From NCBI GenBank assembly GCA_021739635.1, contig JAIPBH010000001.1:105209-169208 (forward strand): a DNA stretch of 64,000 nucleotides. Reading direction: 5' to 3'. The notes beneath the pieces are model-generated. The model had not been told where the DNA came from and ran no database searches. It was given only the letters and a program-made list of their open reading frames with translations. Of this stretch, positions 47,823-57,439 are shown one piece after another. This stretch comes from Flavobacteriaceae bacterium. GTDB lineage: Bacteria > Bacteroidota > Bacteroidia > Flavobacteriales > Flavobacteriaceae. How positions within the stretch are numbered: the stretch's first letter is position 1; each line of letters begins with the position of its first letter. The position numbers and the translations under genes were made by a program.

Positions 47823-48419
47823 TTAAAGCACACGGTTTAAAAAGGCAGCAACACTCTCTTGATTGGCTCTAATAAGTTCTGCTTTGGCATTGGCAATATC
47901 CTGTGGTTTTTTGTCTTGCGAGAGTTTAAATTTGCCTTCCCAACTTGCCATGCTTATTTCAAAACCAATAACATAAGCTAAAGCACCTTCCATTTTGGGG
48001 TTGTTTGGTTCTAACACATACTTGTGTTCAGGCTGTTCTAAAAAAGCAGTCATGGCTATCATACTCTCTTTAATAGCTTCTGCATCATGTATGGCTTTTA
48101 CAGTGCCAGTGATATGCACTTTAATATAGTTCCAAGTTGGTAATTGGGTGGTGCTGTAAATGCTTGGTGAAATGTAGCATTGTGGTCCAGAAAAAATAAT
48201 GGTAATAGGGGCATCATCCTGCAACAAAAGCGCCTGCGGGTTAAATTTATCAATATGTCCAATAAGTTTGCCATCTGCTTCTCTGTAAATTAAGGGCAAG
48301 TGTGTTATAAAAGGCTCATGGTTCTGCACAGAAATAAGAGTAGCCAACGGATAGGTTTTTATCACGTCTATCAGGTGATTGATGTTGCTGTCCTGGTGGT
48401 GCTTTGGAGGATAGTTCAA
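47823..48419 (-). CDS. paiB: FMN-binding negative transcriptional regulator (PaiB family)
   Basis: PaiB-like sequence (PLATLIS...THLPL...VPTWNY...GKFKLSQ). Confidence 0.8.
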   Translation of the reverse strand: MNYPPKHHQDSNINHLIDVIKTYPLATLISVQNHEPFITHLPLIYREADGKLIGHIDKFNPQALLLQDDAPITIIFSGPQCYISPSIYSTTQLPTWNYIKVHITGTVKAIHDAEAIKESMIAMTAFLEQPEHKYVLEPNNPKMEGALAYVIGFEISMASWEGKFKLSQDKKPQDIANAKAELIRANQESVAAFLNRVL

Positions 48420-48481
48420 GTTGTTGTTAATTTAAATTAATGATTGTTGATTTATAAAATTACAATATTTATCTTTATCAA

Positions 48482-49180
48482 ATGCAAGAAAAACCTACCT
48501 CGTTCTCTATTAAAAACTGGTCGCAAGATGACCAGCCACGAGAAAAATTACTCTATAAAGGAAAAGCGGCTTTAAGCGATGCCGAGTTGGTGGCTATTTT
48601 AATAGGCTCGGGCAATAAAGAAGAAAGCGCGGTTGATTTATGTAAGCGCATTTTGGCACGTGTTGATAATAACTTAAGCGAGTTGGGAAAATTATCCATC
48701 AAACAGCTCATGGATTTTAAAGGCATTGGTGAAGCCAAAGCCATTACCATAGCAGCTGCTTTAGAGTTAGGAAGACGCCGAAGGGGAGAAGAAGCCTTAG
48801 AAAAAAAGAAAATAACCTCCAGTAAATCTGTTTTTGAGTTGATGCAACCTATAATAGGCGACTTGCAGCATGAAGAGTTTTGGATTATTTATTTGAATAA
48901 TTCCAATAAAGTGATTCAAAAAAACCAATTAAGCAAAGGTGGTATAACTGGTACTTTGGTAGATGTAAGACTGGTATTAAAAAATGCTTTAGAAGTAGGA
49001 GCAACAGGCATTATTTTAGCACATAACCATCCATCAGGCACTTTAAAACCCAGCGAAGCCGATAAACAACTTACCAATAAACTAAAACTGGCCTCAGAAA
49101 GTTTAGACATAAAAGTATTAGACCATTTAATTATCACTGAAAAGGCATACCTTAGTTTTGCCGATGAAAACCTTCTTTAG
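48482..49180 (+). CDS. radC: RadC-family JAB-domain protein
   Basis: N-terminal HhH region and C-terminal JAMM motif ILAHNHPSG. Confidence 0.85.
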   Translation: MQEKPTSFSIKNWSQDDQPREKLLYKGKAALSDAELVAILIGSGNKEESAVDLCKRILARVDNNLSELGKLSIKQLMDFKGIGEAKAITIAAALELGRRRRGEEALEKKKITSSKSVFELMQPIIGDLQHEEFWIIYLNNSNKVIQKNQLSKGGITGTLVDVRLVLKNALEVGATGIILAHNHPSGTLKPSEADKQLTNKLKLASESLDIKVLDHLIITEKAYLSFADENLL

Positions 49181-49276
49181 AAAGCAAAAAAATTAAGGTT
49201 CAAAACTCTAAATTCCAAAAAAATCATAAGATAACCTTTGGAATTTGTTATTTTTAATTTGGAATATGCAAACCCT

Positions 49277-50590
49277 ATGCTTTTAGTTTACACACATAAA
49301 ATAACACCAAGATTGCGATATGTTTTTAAACATATATGTACCAGAGTATTAGGTGTAGAAGTTTCTTTTACCACAACTATTGAAGAGTTTATAGCACACG
49401 ATAGTTTAAAAATGTCGTACACCAAACAACAACTAGGGAATGAGTTTTTTGTAAAAAGTAATGACATTTTGTTTGAACAAGGGCTGTCTGATATCGAAAT
49501 AAGTGTTCATGATTGGGAAGACACCAAAGGGTTTTTTTATATAGGCGATAAAAGTGCCATTCCTTATGATATTTTTGCAGCATCGTTTTATTTGCTGTCA
49601 CGATATGAAGAGTATTTACCACATGTTAATGATGAATACGGAAGGTTTTCAGCCACCGAAAGTATTGCCTATAAATATGGGTTTTTGCATCAGCCAGTAG
49701 TAGATATTTGGGCGTATAAATTTAAAGACCGATTAAAAAACCAATATCCAGAGTTTGTTTTTCCAAGCAGAACGTATGGTATAAAGCCCATTATAGATGT
49801 GCCAAGTGCCTATAATTTTAAATTAAAAGGTTTTATGAGAACCTTTGGTGGTACGGTAAAAGATTTATCACAATTAAAATTAAAAAGCTTGTACTACAGG
49901 TATATGGTTATTTTAGGATTTAAACATGACCCTTTTGATACCTTTAAATATATTATAAACCGACAAAAGCTAACAAAACATCAGTTTCTGTTTTTCTTTT
50001 TAATTGGTGACTATTCTACCTATGATAAAGGTATTAATCCCAATAAAAGGAAATTTATATCTCTAATAAAACGAGTTGCCGATTATTGTAAAGTTGGGTT
50101 AAAGGCATCGTATTTTGCTATTCACGACCCAGTTATTTTAAAAAAGGAAAAGCTTAAAATGGAAGCTATTATAAACCGGTCATTAACAGCTTCAAGACAG
50201 TCATTTTCAAAACTTAATTTACCAGAATCATACAGGAATTTGATAGAACTTGAAATTCAGGAAGACTATACGATGGGGTATGTAAATCAAATAGGTTTTA
50301 GGGCAGGAAGTTGTACGCCATTTCTGTTTTATGATTTAGACTATGAAGTACAAACACCTTTAAAAATATGGTCTTATAATGTAATGGATTATGCCTTGCT
50401 TAAAACACAGTCGCTTTTAGATAAAAAGAAAGTATTAAAAGAAATTATTGATGAGGTAAAAAAGGTAGATGGCGAATTTGTACCAGTTTTTCACAATTAT
50501 ACGTTTAGTGAATTAGAGCGATGGAAAGGTTTTAAAGACTTGTTTAATATGATTTTAGAATCGGCTCATGAAACAAGTCATGACCATTGA
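49277..50590 (+). CDS. conserved hypothetical protein (possibly polysaccharide-deacetylase-like)
   Basis: Long ORF with normal composition. N-terminal MLLVYTHKITPRLRYVF resembles proteins I recall in Flavobacteria. No motif is verifiable here. Confidence 0.4.
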   Translation: MLLVYTHKITPRLRYVFKHICTRVLGVEVSFTTTIEEFIAHDSLKMSYTKQQLGNEFFVKSNDILFEQGLSDIEISVHDWEDTKGFFYIGDKSAIPYDIFAASFYLLSRYEEYLPHVNDEYGRFSATESIAYKYGFLHQPVVDIWAYKFKDRLKNQYPEFVFPSRTYGIKPIIDVPSAYNFKLKGFMRTFGGTVKDLSQLKLKSLYYRYMVILGFKHDPFDTFKYIINRQKLTKHQFLFFFLIGDYSTYDKGINPNKRKFISLIKRVADYCKVGLKASYFAIHDPVILKKEKLKMEAIINRSLTASRQSFSKLNLPESYRNLIELEIQEDYTMGYVNQIGFRAGSCTPFLFYDLDYEVQTPLKIWSYNVMDYALLKTQSLLDKKKVLKEIIDEVKKVDGEFVPVFHNYTFSELERWKGFKDLFNMILESAHETSHDH

Positions 50591-50655
50591 GTTGATACAA
50601 AGTTAAATGATTATTTGCGAATGGCATCTGACCTCTAAAACAATAAAAATAACAG

Positions 50656-51345
50656 ATGAAAATTAATAATATAACCGATGTTTTTTTTGATTTAGACCAT
50701 ACTCTTTGGGATTTTGATAAAAATTCTAGGCTCACCTTTGAAAAGATTTTTAACCTGAATAATATACGTGTAGATATTACTGAATTTTTAAAGTATTATG
50801 AGCCTATTAATTTAGAATATTGGAAACTATACAGAGAAGAAAAAATAGACAAGGCTTCATTACGATTTGGCAGATTACATGACGCATTTTTAGCCATAAA
50901 CCAAGAAGTAGATAAAAAAATAATCATGAAGTTATCTGATGATTATATAACCTATTTAACGACGTTTAATCATCTTTTTGAAAATACTATTGACATATTA
51001 GAATACTTAAGTGGCACGTATAATCTTCATATCATCACCAATGGATTTGAAGAAGTTCAACAAAAAAAGTTAAACCATTCAAATATTGCTCATTATTTTA
51101 AAACAGTAACCAATTCTGAGCAAGTTGGCGTTAAAAAGCCTAATCCTAAAATATTTAATTACGCTATTGAAATAGCAAAAACCAGTATAAAGAAAAGCAT
51201 TATGATTGGTGATAATTTAGAGGCAGATATCCTTGGAGCTAAAAATATTGGGATGGATGCTATCTTTTTCAATAGTAATAATGAGGTTTTTGAGGGTAAC
51301 ATCAAACAAATAGATAACTTAATTCACATAAAAAAATATCTTTAA
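50656..51345 (+). CDS. HAD-family hydrolase (YjjG-like pyrimidine 5'-nucleotidase)
   Basis: HAD motif I FFDLDHTLWDF, motif II ITNG, and motif III/IV KKPNP...IGDNLEADI. Confidence 0.8.
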   Translation: MKINNITDVFFDLDHTLWDFDKNSRLTFEKIFNLNNIRVDITEFLKYYEPINLEYWKLYREEKIDKASLRFGRLHDAFLAINQEVDKKIIMKLSDDYITYLTTFNHLFENTIDILEYLSGTYNLHIITNGFEEVQQKKLNHSNIAHYFKTVTNSEQVGVKKPNPKIFNYAIEIAKTSIKKSIMIGDNLEADILGAKNIGMDAIFFNSNNEVFEGNIKQIDNLIHIKKYL

Positions 51346-51378
51346 TACTTTCTTAAAAAGTGTTTCGTTAAATAATTG

Positions 51379-51936
51379 ATGATTAAACAACTGTTAAAAT
51401 ATTTAGTCTTAATACATGGGTTGCTCATAATTAATGTTGGGTGTACTAAAGATGTAGATTTTGGTCAGGTAAATGATATCGTGCTAACTCCGGTTGTGGA
51501 ATCCAGTTTAATTTATATCAATGAGCCAACAAGCAGGTTTTTAGTAGAAGGTGTTGAGGTTTCTGTTATTCAGGATTTTGTAAATATCAATATATTTCAA
51601 GAAACATTTACAAGTAGTTACCTTATAAAGGCAGTCTTGTTTATTGAAACCAACAATACCATCAACAGAGCGTTTATAGTACAGGTAGATTTTTTAGATG
51701 ATTTAGAGCAGTTGCAACACACCTTTTCGTTTTCGTCTGCTGCATCTCCTACCAATAGTCCTATCGTTACAGAACATGAAGAAGTTTTTGAAAATGCCAG
51801 TTTAGAGCGTTTAAAAAACACGACCAAACTAGTATTTACTTTAAAGGTTCTTCCAGGAGAACCTATAAACAACAGTACGCCGGGTAGAATTATCCTAAAA
51901 TCTAAAGGCTCTTTTTATTTGAATATTGAAAATTGA
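51379..51936 (+). CDS. putative lipoprotein, unknown function
   Basis: Signal peptide with INVGC lipobox. Stop overlaps/abuts the next gene. Confidence 0.45.
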   Translation: MIKQLLKYLVLIHGLLIINVGCTKDVDFGQVNDIVLTPVVESSLIYINEPTSRFLVEGVEVSVIQDFVNINIFQETFTSSYLIKAVLFIETNNTINRAFIVQVDFLDDLEQLQHTFSFSSAASPTNSPIVTEHEEVFENASLERLKNTTKLVFTLKVLPGEPINNSTPGRIILKSKGSFYLNIEN

Positions 51937-51938
51937 AT

Positions 51939-53351
51939 ATGAAAAGGATCTGTTTGTTTTTTATGCTAATAAGCGTGTTATCTTGGTGCCAAAACAAACA
52001 AATTCTTTATGGTTTTTCAGAAATTCCACAATCAATGCTCTTAAATCCAGGAGGCAAAGTAACTAATAAGGGGTATTTTGGCGTACCGTTACTGTCTCAA
52101 ATACATATAAATGCAGGAACCTCTGGCACAACCATGTATGATTTGTTTGCAAACGATGGGTTAGATTTTAACTTAAAGTTAGAAAAAGCATTATATCACA
52201 TGCAGGCGAATGATTTTGTTACCATCAATCAGCAATTAGAAGTTTTTTCAGGTGGGTTTGCCTATGGAAATCGTTTTGAAAAAGATAAATATCTTAGTTT
52301 TGGCTTATATCAAGAATTAGATTTTATAGCCTATTTTCCTAAAGATTATGCCGTTTTGGCTTATGAAGGCAATCAATCAAACATTAATAAAGTATTTAAT
52401 GCTGGGCATTTTAATGCCAAAGCAGAACTCATTTCGGTGTTGCATGTAGGAGTTAACAAAAAAGTAAGTGAACAACTTTCCGTGGGGTTTAGAGGGAAAC
52501 TTTATTCTAGTGTAATGGATATAGATGCTACAAACAATACAGGCTCTTTTGTAACGGTTAATGGTACCAATAATTTTTACAATCATATATTTAATTTAGA
52601 TTTGGAAGTAAAAACGTCTGGGATTGCCAGTTTAAATAACAATGGAGCAACTTCAGAAAGTGCTATCAAGGATTTAAGAAAACGGCTTTTTTTAGGTCCT
52701 AATTTAGGGTTAGGTGTTGATGTGGGTTTTACCTATCAATTAACAAAACAGTGGATGGTTGATGGCAGTTTACAGGATATTGGCTTTATAAGCCACAGTA
52801 AGGATGTAGAAAATTATAAAGTTTCGGGCAATTACGTTTTTGAAGGTGTTAACCCCTTATTTCCAGAAACAGGAGTAGGCCAAACAGCCGAAGATTATTG
52901 GAATGCTATTGAAGATGAATTTAATGAGTTGTTTAAAGTAGATACCACACAAACAGCATACACTACATGGCGACCCGTAAAACTAAATGCGTCTTTAAAT
53001 TACGCGTTTGGTAAAAAAAAATATAAAGATTGTAATTGTTTAAGAGACGAAAGTGGGTATCAAAATGCGGTTGGATTGCAGTTATACGGCATAAAACGGC
53101 CTAAGCAACCACAAATGGCCTTAACAGCCTATTATTTTAGAAAAGTATGGAATGGCTTGCAAACCAAGGTAACCTATACCATCGATTCGTTTACATTTTA
53201 TAATGTAGGTTTAGGGATTTCGGCTAATTTAGGAATGTTTAATTTTTACATCATGGCAGATAATATTTTTCAATATAAAAACATATATGATGCACAAAGT
53301 GTATCTTTACAAGTAGGATTTAACGTTTTATTTAAGAAAAATGAAGATTAA
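51939..53351 (+). CDS. putative outer-membrane beta-barrel protein, unknown function
   Basis: Signal peptide and alternating beta-strand-like pattern with aromatic-rich C-terminal strands (SLQVGFNVLF). The family is not identified with confidence. Confidence 0.45.
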   Translation: MKRICLFFMLISVLSWCQNKQILYGFSEIPQSMLLNPGGKVTNKGYFGVPLLSQIHINAGTSGTTMYDLFANDGLDFNLKLEKALYHMQANDFVTINQQLEVFSGGFAYGNRFEKDKYLSFGLYQELDFIAYFPKDYAVLAYEGNQSNINKVFNAGHFNAKAELISVLHVGVNKKVSEQLSVGFRGKLYSSVMDIDATNNTGSFVTVNGTNNFYNHIFNLDLEVKTSGIASLNNNGATSESAIKDLRKRLFLGPNLGLGVDVGFTYQLTKQWMVDGSLQDIGFISHSKDVENYKVSGNYVFEGVNPLFPETGVGQTAEDYWNAIEDEFNELFKVDTTQTAYTTWRPVKLNASLNYAFGKKKYKDCNCLRDESGYQNAVGLQLYGIKRPKQPQMALTAYYFRKVWNGLQTKVTYTIDSFTFYNVGLGISANLGMFNFYIMADNIFQYKNIYDAQSVSLQVGFNVLFKKNED

Positions 53352-54195
53352 GTGTTTTGTATTAGTTTTATTAGGCATCATATCTAGTGCCTTTTCACAA
53401 ACCAATTTAAATGACTATAAATACGTCATCGTTCCAAAAAAATATGATTTTTTAAAAGAAGAAAATCAGTACCAAATCAATTCATTAGCAAAATTCTTGT
53501 TTCAAAAATACGGCTTTGAAACCTTGATGGAAGGCGACGATTATCCATTAGATTTAGCTAAAGACAGATGTTTGGCGTTAAAATCTAATCTTATCAATGA
53601 TTCAGGACTGTTTAAAACCAAACTAAAGATAGTTCTTAAAGCTTGTAATGATAAAATAGTGTATGAAAGTCAATTAGGAGAAACTAGAGAAAAAGAATAT
53701 GATAAGGCTTATAATTTAGCTTTAAGAGAAGCCTTTAAATCTCTAGAAACACTTAATTATAAATATGAACCAAAAGAAACTATTGCTATAGTGGAAGAAC
53801 AAGCAGTAGCTACTGAAAAAAATGAAACGGCTCAAGAAATTCAAAAACTAAAACAAGAAATTGAAGCTTTAAAGCAAGAAAAAATAGTAGAAGTTATTAC
53901 TATAGAACCAGTAAAAGAAGAACCTGCAAAAGCTGAGGTTATTACTGAAACTCCAAATGAAGAAATAAATATGGAGCCTGTTTTAAATGTATTGTATGCA
54001 CAACAAATTGAGAATGGCTTTCAACTGGTAGATAGTACGCCCAAAGTGGTGTATAAAATCAAGAAAACAGGTTTAGACAATGTGTATTTAGTTGAGAATA
54101 TGAATGCTACTTTATATAAAAAAGGAGACCAATGGATTCTTGAATATTATGAAAATAGCACTTTAAAACAAAAAGCCTTAACTATTAAATTTTAG
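53341..54195 (+). CDS. secreted protein with a central Glu/Lys-rich coiled segment, unknown function
   Basis: Signal peptide. Overlaps the upstream gene by 11 nt. Confidence 0.45.
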   Translation: MKIKCFVLVLLGIISSAFSQTNLNDYKYVIVPKKYDFLKEENQYQINSLAKFLFQKYGFETLMEGDDYPLDLAKDRCLALKSNLINDSGLFKTKLKIVLKACNDKIVYESQLGETREKEYDKAYNLALREAFKSLETLNYKYEPKETIAIVEEQAVATEKNETAQEIQKLKQEIEALKQEKIVEVITIEPVKEEPAKAEVITETPNEEINMEPVLNVLYAQQIENGFQLVDSTPKVVYKIKKTGLDNVYLVENMNATLYKKGDQWILEYYENSTLKQKALTIKF

Positions 54196-54208
54196 TTTAT
54201 TGGCTGAG

Positions 54209-54288
54209 ATATAAGGTTAAAAGGTTATAAGGATATAAGGTTATAAGGATATAAGGTTAAAAGGATATAAGGTTAAAAGGTTATAAGT
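54209..54288 (+). repeat. 10 x octamer WTAWAAGG tandem array
   Basis: ATATAAGG TTAAAAGG TTATAAGG ATATAAGG TTATAAGG ATATAAGG TTAAAAGG ATATAAGG TTAAAAGG TTATAAGT read directly. Confidence 0.95.
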
Positions 54289-54297
54289 TAGTTTTAC

Positions 54298-54346
54298 TAA
54301 CAACTAACAACTAACAACTAACAACTAACAACTAACAACCAACAAC
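54298..54346 (+). repeat. 7 x heptamer YAACAAC tandem array abutting the rarA stop codon
   Basis: TAACAAC x6 then CAACAAC read directly. Its last base is the first base of the rarA stop triplet (minus strand). Confidence 0.95.
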
Positions 54347-55623
54347 TAATACCCATACTTATCTTTCCAGCGTTGTTTTAAAAAATCCTGATACGCTTTT
54401 TCGCGTGTGTTATTTCCAGGTTCATAAAGCTTTAAGCCTTTCAGGTCATCGGGCATAAACTCTTGGTTTACAAAATTATGTTCGTAGCTATGGGCATATT
54501 TATAATCTTCACCATAACCAAGCTCTTTCATTAATTTAGTTGGCGCATTTCTAATATCTAATGGCACCGATAAATCACCAGTTTCTTTTACGATCTGTTG
54601 CGCCTTACTAATAGCCATATAAGCTGCATTACTTTTAGGTGAACACGCTAAATAGGTAGCGCATTGGCTAAGAATAATTCTAGATTCTGGGTAACCAATA
54701 GTTGCAACTGCTTGAAAGGTATTATTGGCAATTACTAAAGCGGTTGGATTGGCATTGCCAATATCTTCACTGGCTAAAATTAAAAGGCGTCTGGCTATAA
54801 ACTTAACATCTTCACCACCTTCAATCATTCTGGCTAGCCAATAAACGGCAGCATTGGGGTCGCTTCCTCTAATTGATTTTATAAAAGCCGAAATAATATC
54901 ATAGTGCTGTTCACCCGTTTTATCATATCTAACGGTATTATTTTGAACTTTTTTCAGTACAGACTCATCTGTTATAATAATGTTATAAGTATCTTCTGAA
55001 TTGATGATGAGTTCAAAAATGTTTAAAAGTTTTCTAGCATCACCTCCAGAAAGTTTTAAAAGCGCATGAGTTTCTTTAAGGGTTATATTTTTTTTTGATA
55101 AATAAATATCTTGTTTAATAGCACGGTTTAAAAGAGTTTCTAAATCACTTTTATCAAACGAATTAAGAATATAAACCTGACAGCGTGATAAAAGGGCAGG
55201 AATCACTTCAAAACTTGGGTTTTCTGTAGTGGCGCCAAAAAGTGTTATCCAACCTTTTTCAACAGCTTGTAATAAAGAGTCTTGTTGAGATTTGCTAAAT
55301 CGATGAATCTCATCAATAAATAAAATAGGGTTTTTGGTGGTAAATAAGCCACCACTTTGCTTGGCTTTATCTATTACATCACGAATGTCTTTTACACCAG
55401 AATTAATAGCACTTAACGCATAAAATGGCCTTCCAGATTCATTAGCAATAATATTTGCTAAGGTTGTTTTGCCTGTTCCTGGCGGACCCCAAAAAATCAT
55501 GGAAGGAATAAGTCCTTGTTTAATTTGCTGCGTTAACGACCCTTGTTTGCCAACTAAATGAGTCTGACTCACATAGTCATTGAGAGTTTTGGGTCTTAAT
55601 CGTTCAGCTAAAGGTTCATTCAT
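54346..55623 (-). CDS. rarA: replication-associated recombination protein A (AAA+ ATPase)
   Basis: Walker [10 protein letters not shown], Walker B LFIDEIHRF, and a MgsA C-terminal domain. Confidence 0.9.
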   Translation of the reverse strand: MNEPLAERLRPKTLNDYVSQTHLVGKQGSLTQQIKQGLIPSMIFWGPPGTGKTTLANIIANESGRPFYALSAINSGVKDIRDVIDKAKQSGGLFTTKNPILFIDEIHRFSKSQQDSLLQAVEKGWITLFGATTENPSFEVIPALLSRCQVYILNSFDKSDLETLLNRAIKQDIYLSKKNITLKETHALLKLSGGDARKLLNIFELIINSEDTYNIIITDESVLKKVQNNTVRYDKTGEQHYDIISAFIKSIRGSDPNAAVYWLARMIEGGEDVKFIARRLLILASEDIGNANPTALVIANNTFQAVATIGYPESRIILSQCATYLACSPKSNAAYMAISKAQQIVKETGDLSVPLDIRNAPTKLMKELGYGEDYKYAHSYEHNFVNQEFMPDDLKGLKLYEPGNNTREKAYQDFLKQRWKDKYGY

Positions 55624-55836
55624 AAACGTAAAATTAAAGTAATTTTTTAAGTTTTAGTCTGGGTACAGATAAAATAAATTTGATAATTAACTGACATTTT
55701 AACATTCATAGTAATGTTGGTTGACTATTTGCTATTTTTATAATTATGAAATGAGCATGACCAATAAAGCTATCCCAAAAACCTATGAAGATATGTGAAT
55801 TACATATCACCTTTAAAAAACAAGTATTATCTAGAT

Positions 55837-56562
55837 ATGAATGAAGAAGAGCATTTTAAATTTTCTAATGGAGTTGTTGCCTATCCAATAGCCATCATAC
55901 TTTTTATTTGGTTGGTTTTTTGGTTTGAAGTTCGCTTTGGATTTAATTTTAGCAAATTTGGAATTTATCCTCAAACCATAAAAGGCTTAAAAGGAATTAT
56001 TTTTAGCCCTTTTATTCATGGTGATATGCAGCATATATATCACAACACAGTCCCTTTATTTATATTGTCAATGGCATTGTTTTATTTTTATAGACCCATT
56101 GCTTGGAAGGTGATTGTTTTTGGGATTTTATTTTCTGGGTTTTTAACCTGGTGTCTAGGAAGACCATCCTATCATATTGGTGCTAGCGGATTAATATATG
56201 TGCTAGTGAGCTTTATTTTTTTTAAAGGTGTATTTGCAAAATATTATAGGCTTATTGCATTGTCATTAGTAGTTGTTTTTCTCTACGGAAGTATGATTTG
56301 GTATGTATTTCCAATTGAAGAAAACGTATCATGGGAAGGACATTTAGCTGGATTAATTACAGGATTTCTTTTTGCTTTATATTTTAAAAAGAGCATACCT
56401 AAGACTAAAAAATATGTATGGGAAGAGGATAACTTCAATCCAGAAAATGATCCTTTTTTAAAACAATTTGATGAAAACGGTAATTTTATAGAAATTGAAA
56501 AAGCTCAAATAGAGGAGGAGTCACCTATAGTAAATGATACATTTAAAGAAAATAAAGATTAA
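55837..56562 (+). CDS. rhomboid-family intramembrane serine protease
   Basis: Six TM helices, GASGLIY (GxSG) and H in EGHLAGLITG. ATG 55837 is preferred over GTG 55795. Confidence 0.8.
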   Translation: MNEEEHFKFSNGVVAYPIAIILFIWLVFWFEVRFGFNFSKFGIYPQTIKGLKGIIFSPFIHGDMQHIYHNTVPLFILSMALFYFYRPIAWKVIVFGILFSGFLTWCLGRPSYHIGASGLIYVLVSFIFFKGVFAKYYRLIALSLVVVFLYGSMIWYVFPIEENVSWEGHLAGLITGFLFALYFKKSIPKTKKYVWEEDNFNPENDPFLKQFDENGNFIEIEKAQIEEESPIVNDTFKENKD

Positions 56563-56633
56563 TTCTTAAATAATAATTCGTTAAGCGAAAATCTTAAATC
56601 CAAGGAGTCTAACAATCTAAGATATTTAAAAAT

Positions 56634-57371
56634 CTAAGCAAGTCTTTGTCTTACCGCTTCATATAAAAAAGCACCACAAGCTACAGATACATTTAGCGAT
56701 TCTATATCTCCAAGTAAAGGTAACTTAGCTTTATCATCAACTATTTTTAATATGGATGGGTTAATACCTCTGTCTTCAGAGCCCATAATAATTGCACATG
56801 CTTCATTAAAGGTTACATCATACAAAGTATTGTCCGTTTTTTCAGTAGCAGCAATCACTTTTATGCCAGATGCTTGCATATAAAAAACGGCATCTTTAAT
56901 ATGATCTACTTTACAAATAGGCACTTTAAAAACTGCTCCAGCACTTGTTTTAATGGTATCGCCATTTACAGGAGCTCCACCTTTTTTCTGGATTATAATA
57001 CCGTTTACACCGGTACATTCTGCAGTTCTTATAATAGCTCCAAAGTTTCTAACATCACTTATTTGATCTAACAATAAAAATAAGGGTGTTTTACCTGATT
57101 CAATAATATTTATCAATAATTGTTCTAAATCATGAAATTCAATAGGTGATATTTGAGCTACAGCACCTTGGTGATTACTTTTTGTAAGTCGGTTTAGTTT
57201 TTCAACAGGAACATAGGACGAATTGACATCTTTCTTTCTTAATAGACTTTCTAACTCTGTAAAAAGCTCTCCTTTAAGTCCCTTTTGAAGAAATACTTTG
57301 TCAATAGTCTCACCGGCATTAATGGCTTCAATAATGGCTCTAATTCCAAAAATTTGTGTTTGATCTTGCAT
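56634..57371 (-). CDS. rlmB: 23S rRNA (guanosine-2'-O)-methyltransferase, SpoU/TrmH family
   Basis: SPOUT motifs (NFGAIIRTAE, IMGSEDRGI, LNVSVACG) plus the N-terminal substrate-binding domain. Confidence 0.85.
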   Translation of the reverse strand: MQDQTQIFGIRAIIEAINAGETIDKVFLQKGLKGELFTELESLLRKKDVNSSYVPVEKLNRLTKSNHQGAVAQISPIEFHDLEQLLINIIESGKTPLFLLLDQISDVRNFGAIIRTAECTGVNGIIIQKKGGAPVNGDTIKTSAGAVFKVPICKVDHIKDAVFYMQASGIKVIAATEKTDNTLYDVTFNEACAIIMGSEDRGINPSILKIVDDKAKLPLLGDIESLNVSVACGAFLYEAVRQRLA

Positions 57372-57380
57372 GGGGTAAAG

Positions 57381-57414
57381 GTAAAAAAAAGAGACTGAAT
57401 ATATCAGTCTCTTT
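57381..57414 (-). terminator. rho-independent terminator after the M4 protease gene
   Basis: 11-bp stem AAAGAGACTGA / TCAGTCTCTTT with an 8-A run (a U run on the minus transcript). Confidence 0.55.
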
Positions 57415-57439
57415 TAAAGTTTATAATTTGAGTATTAAT

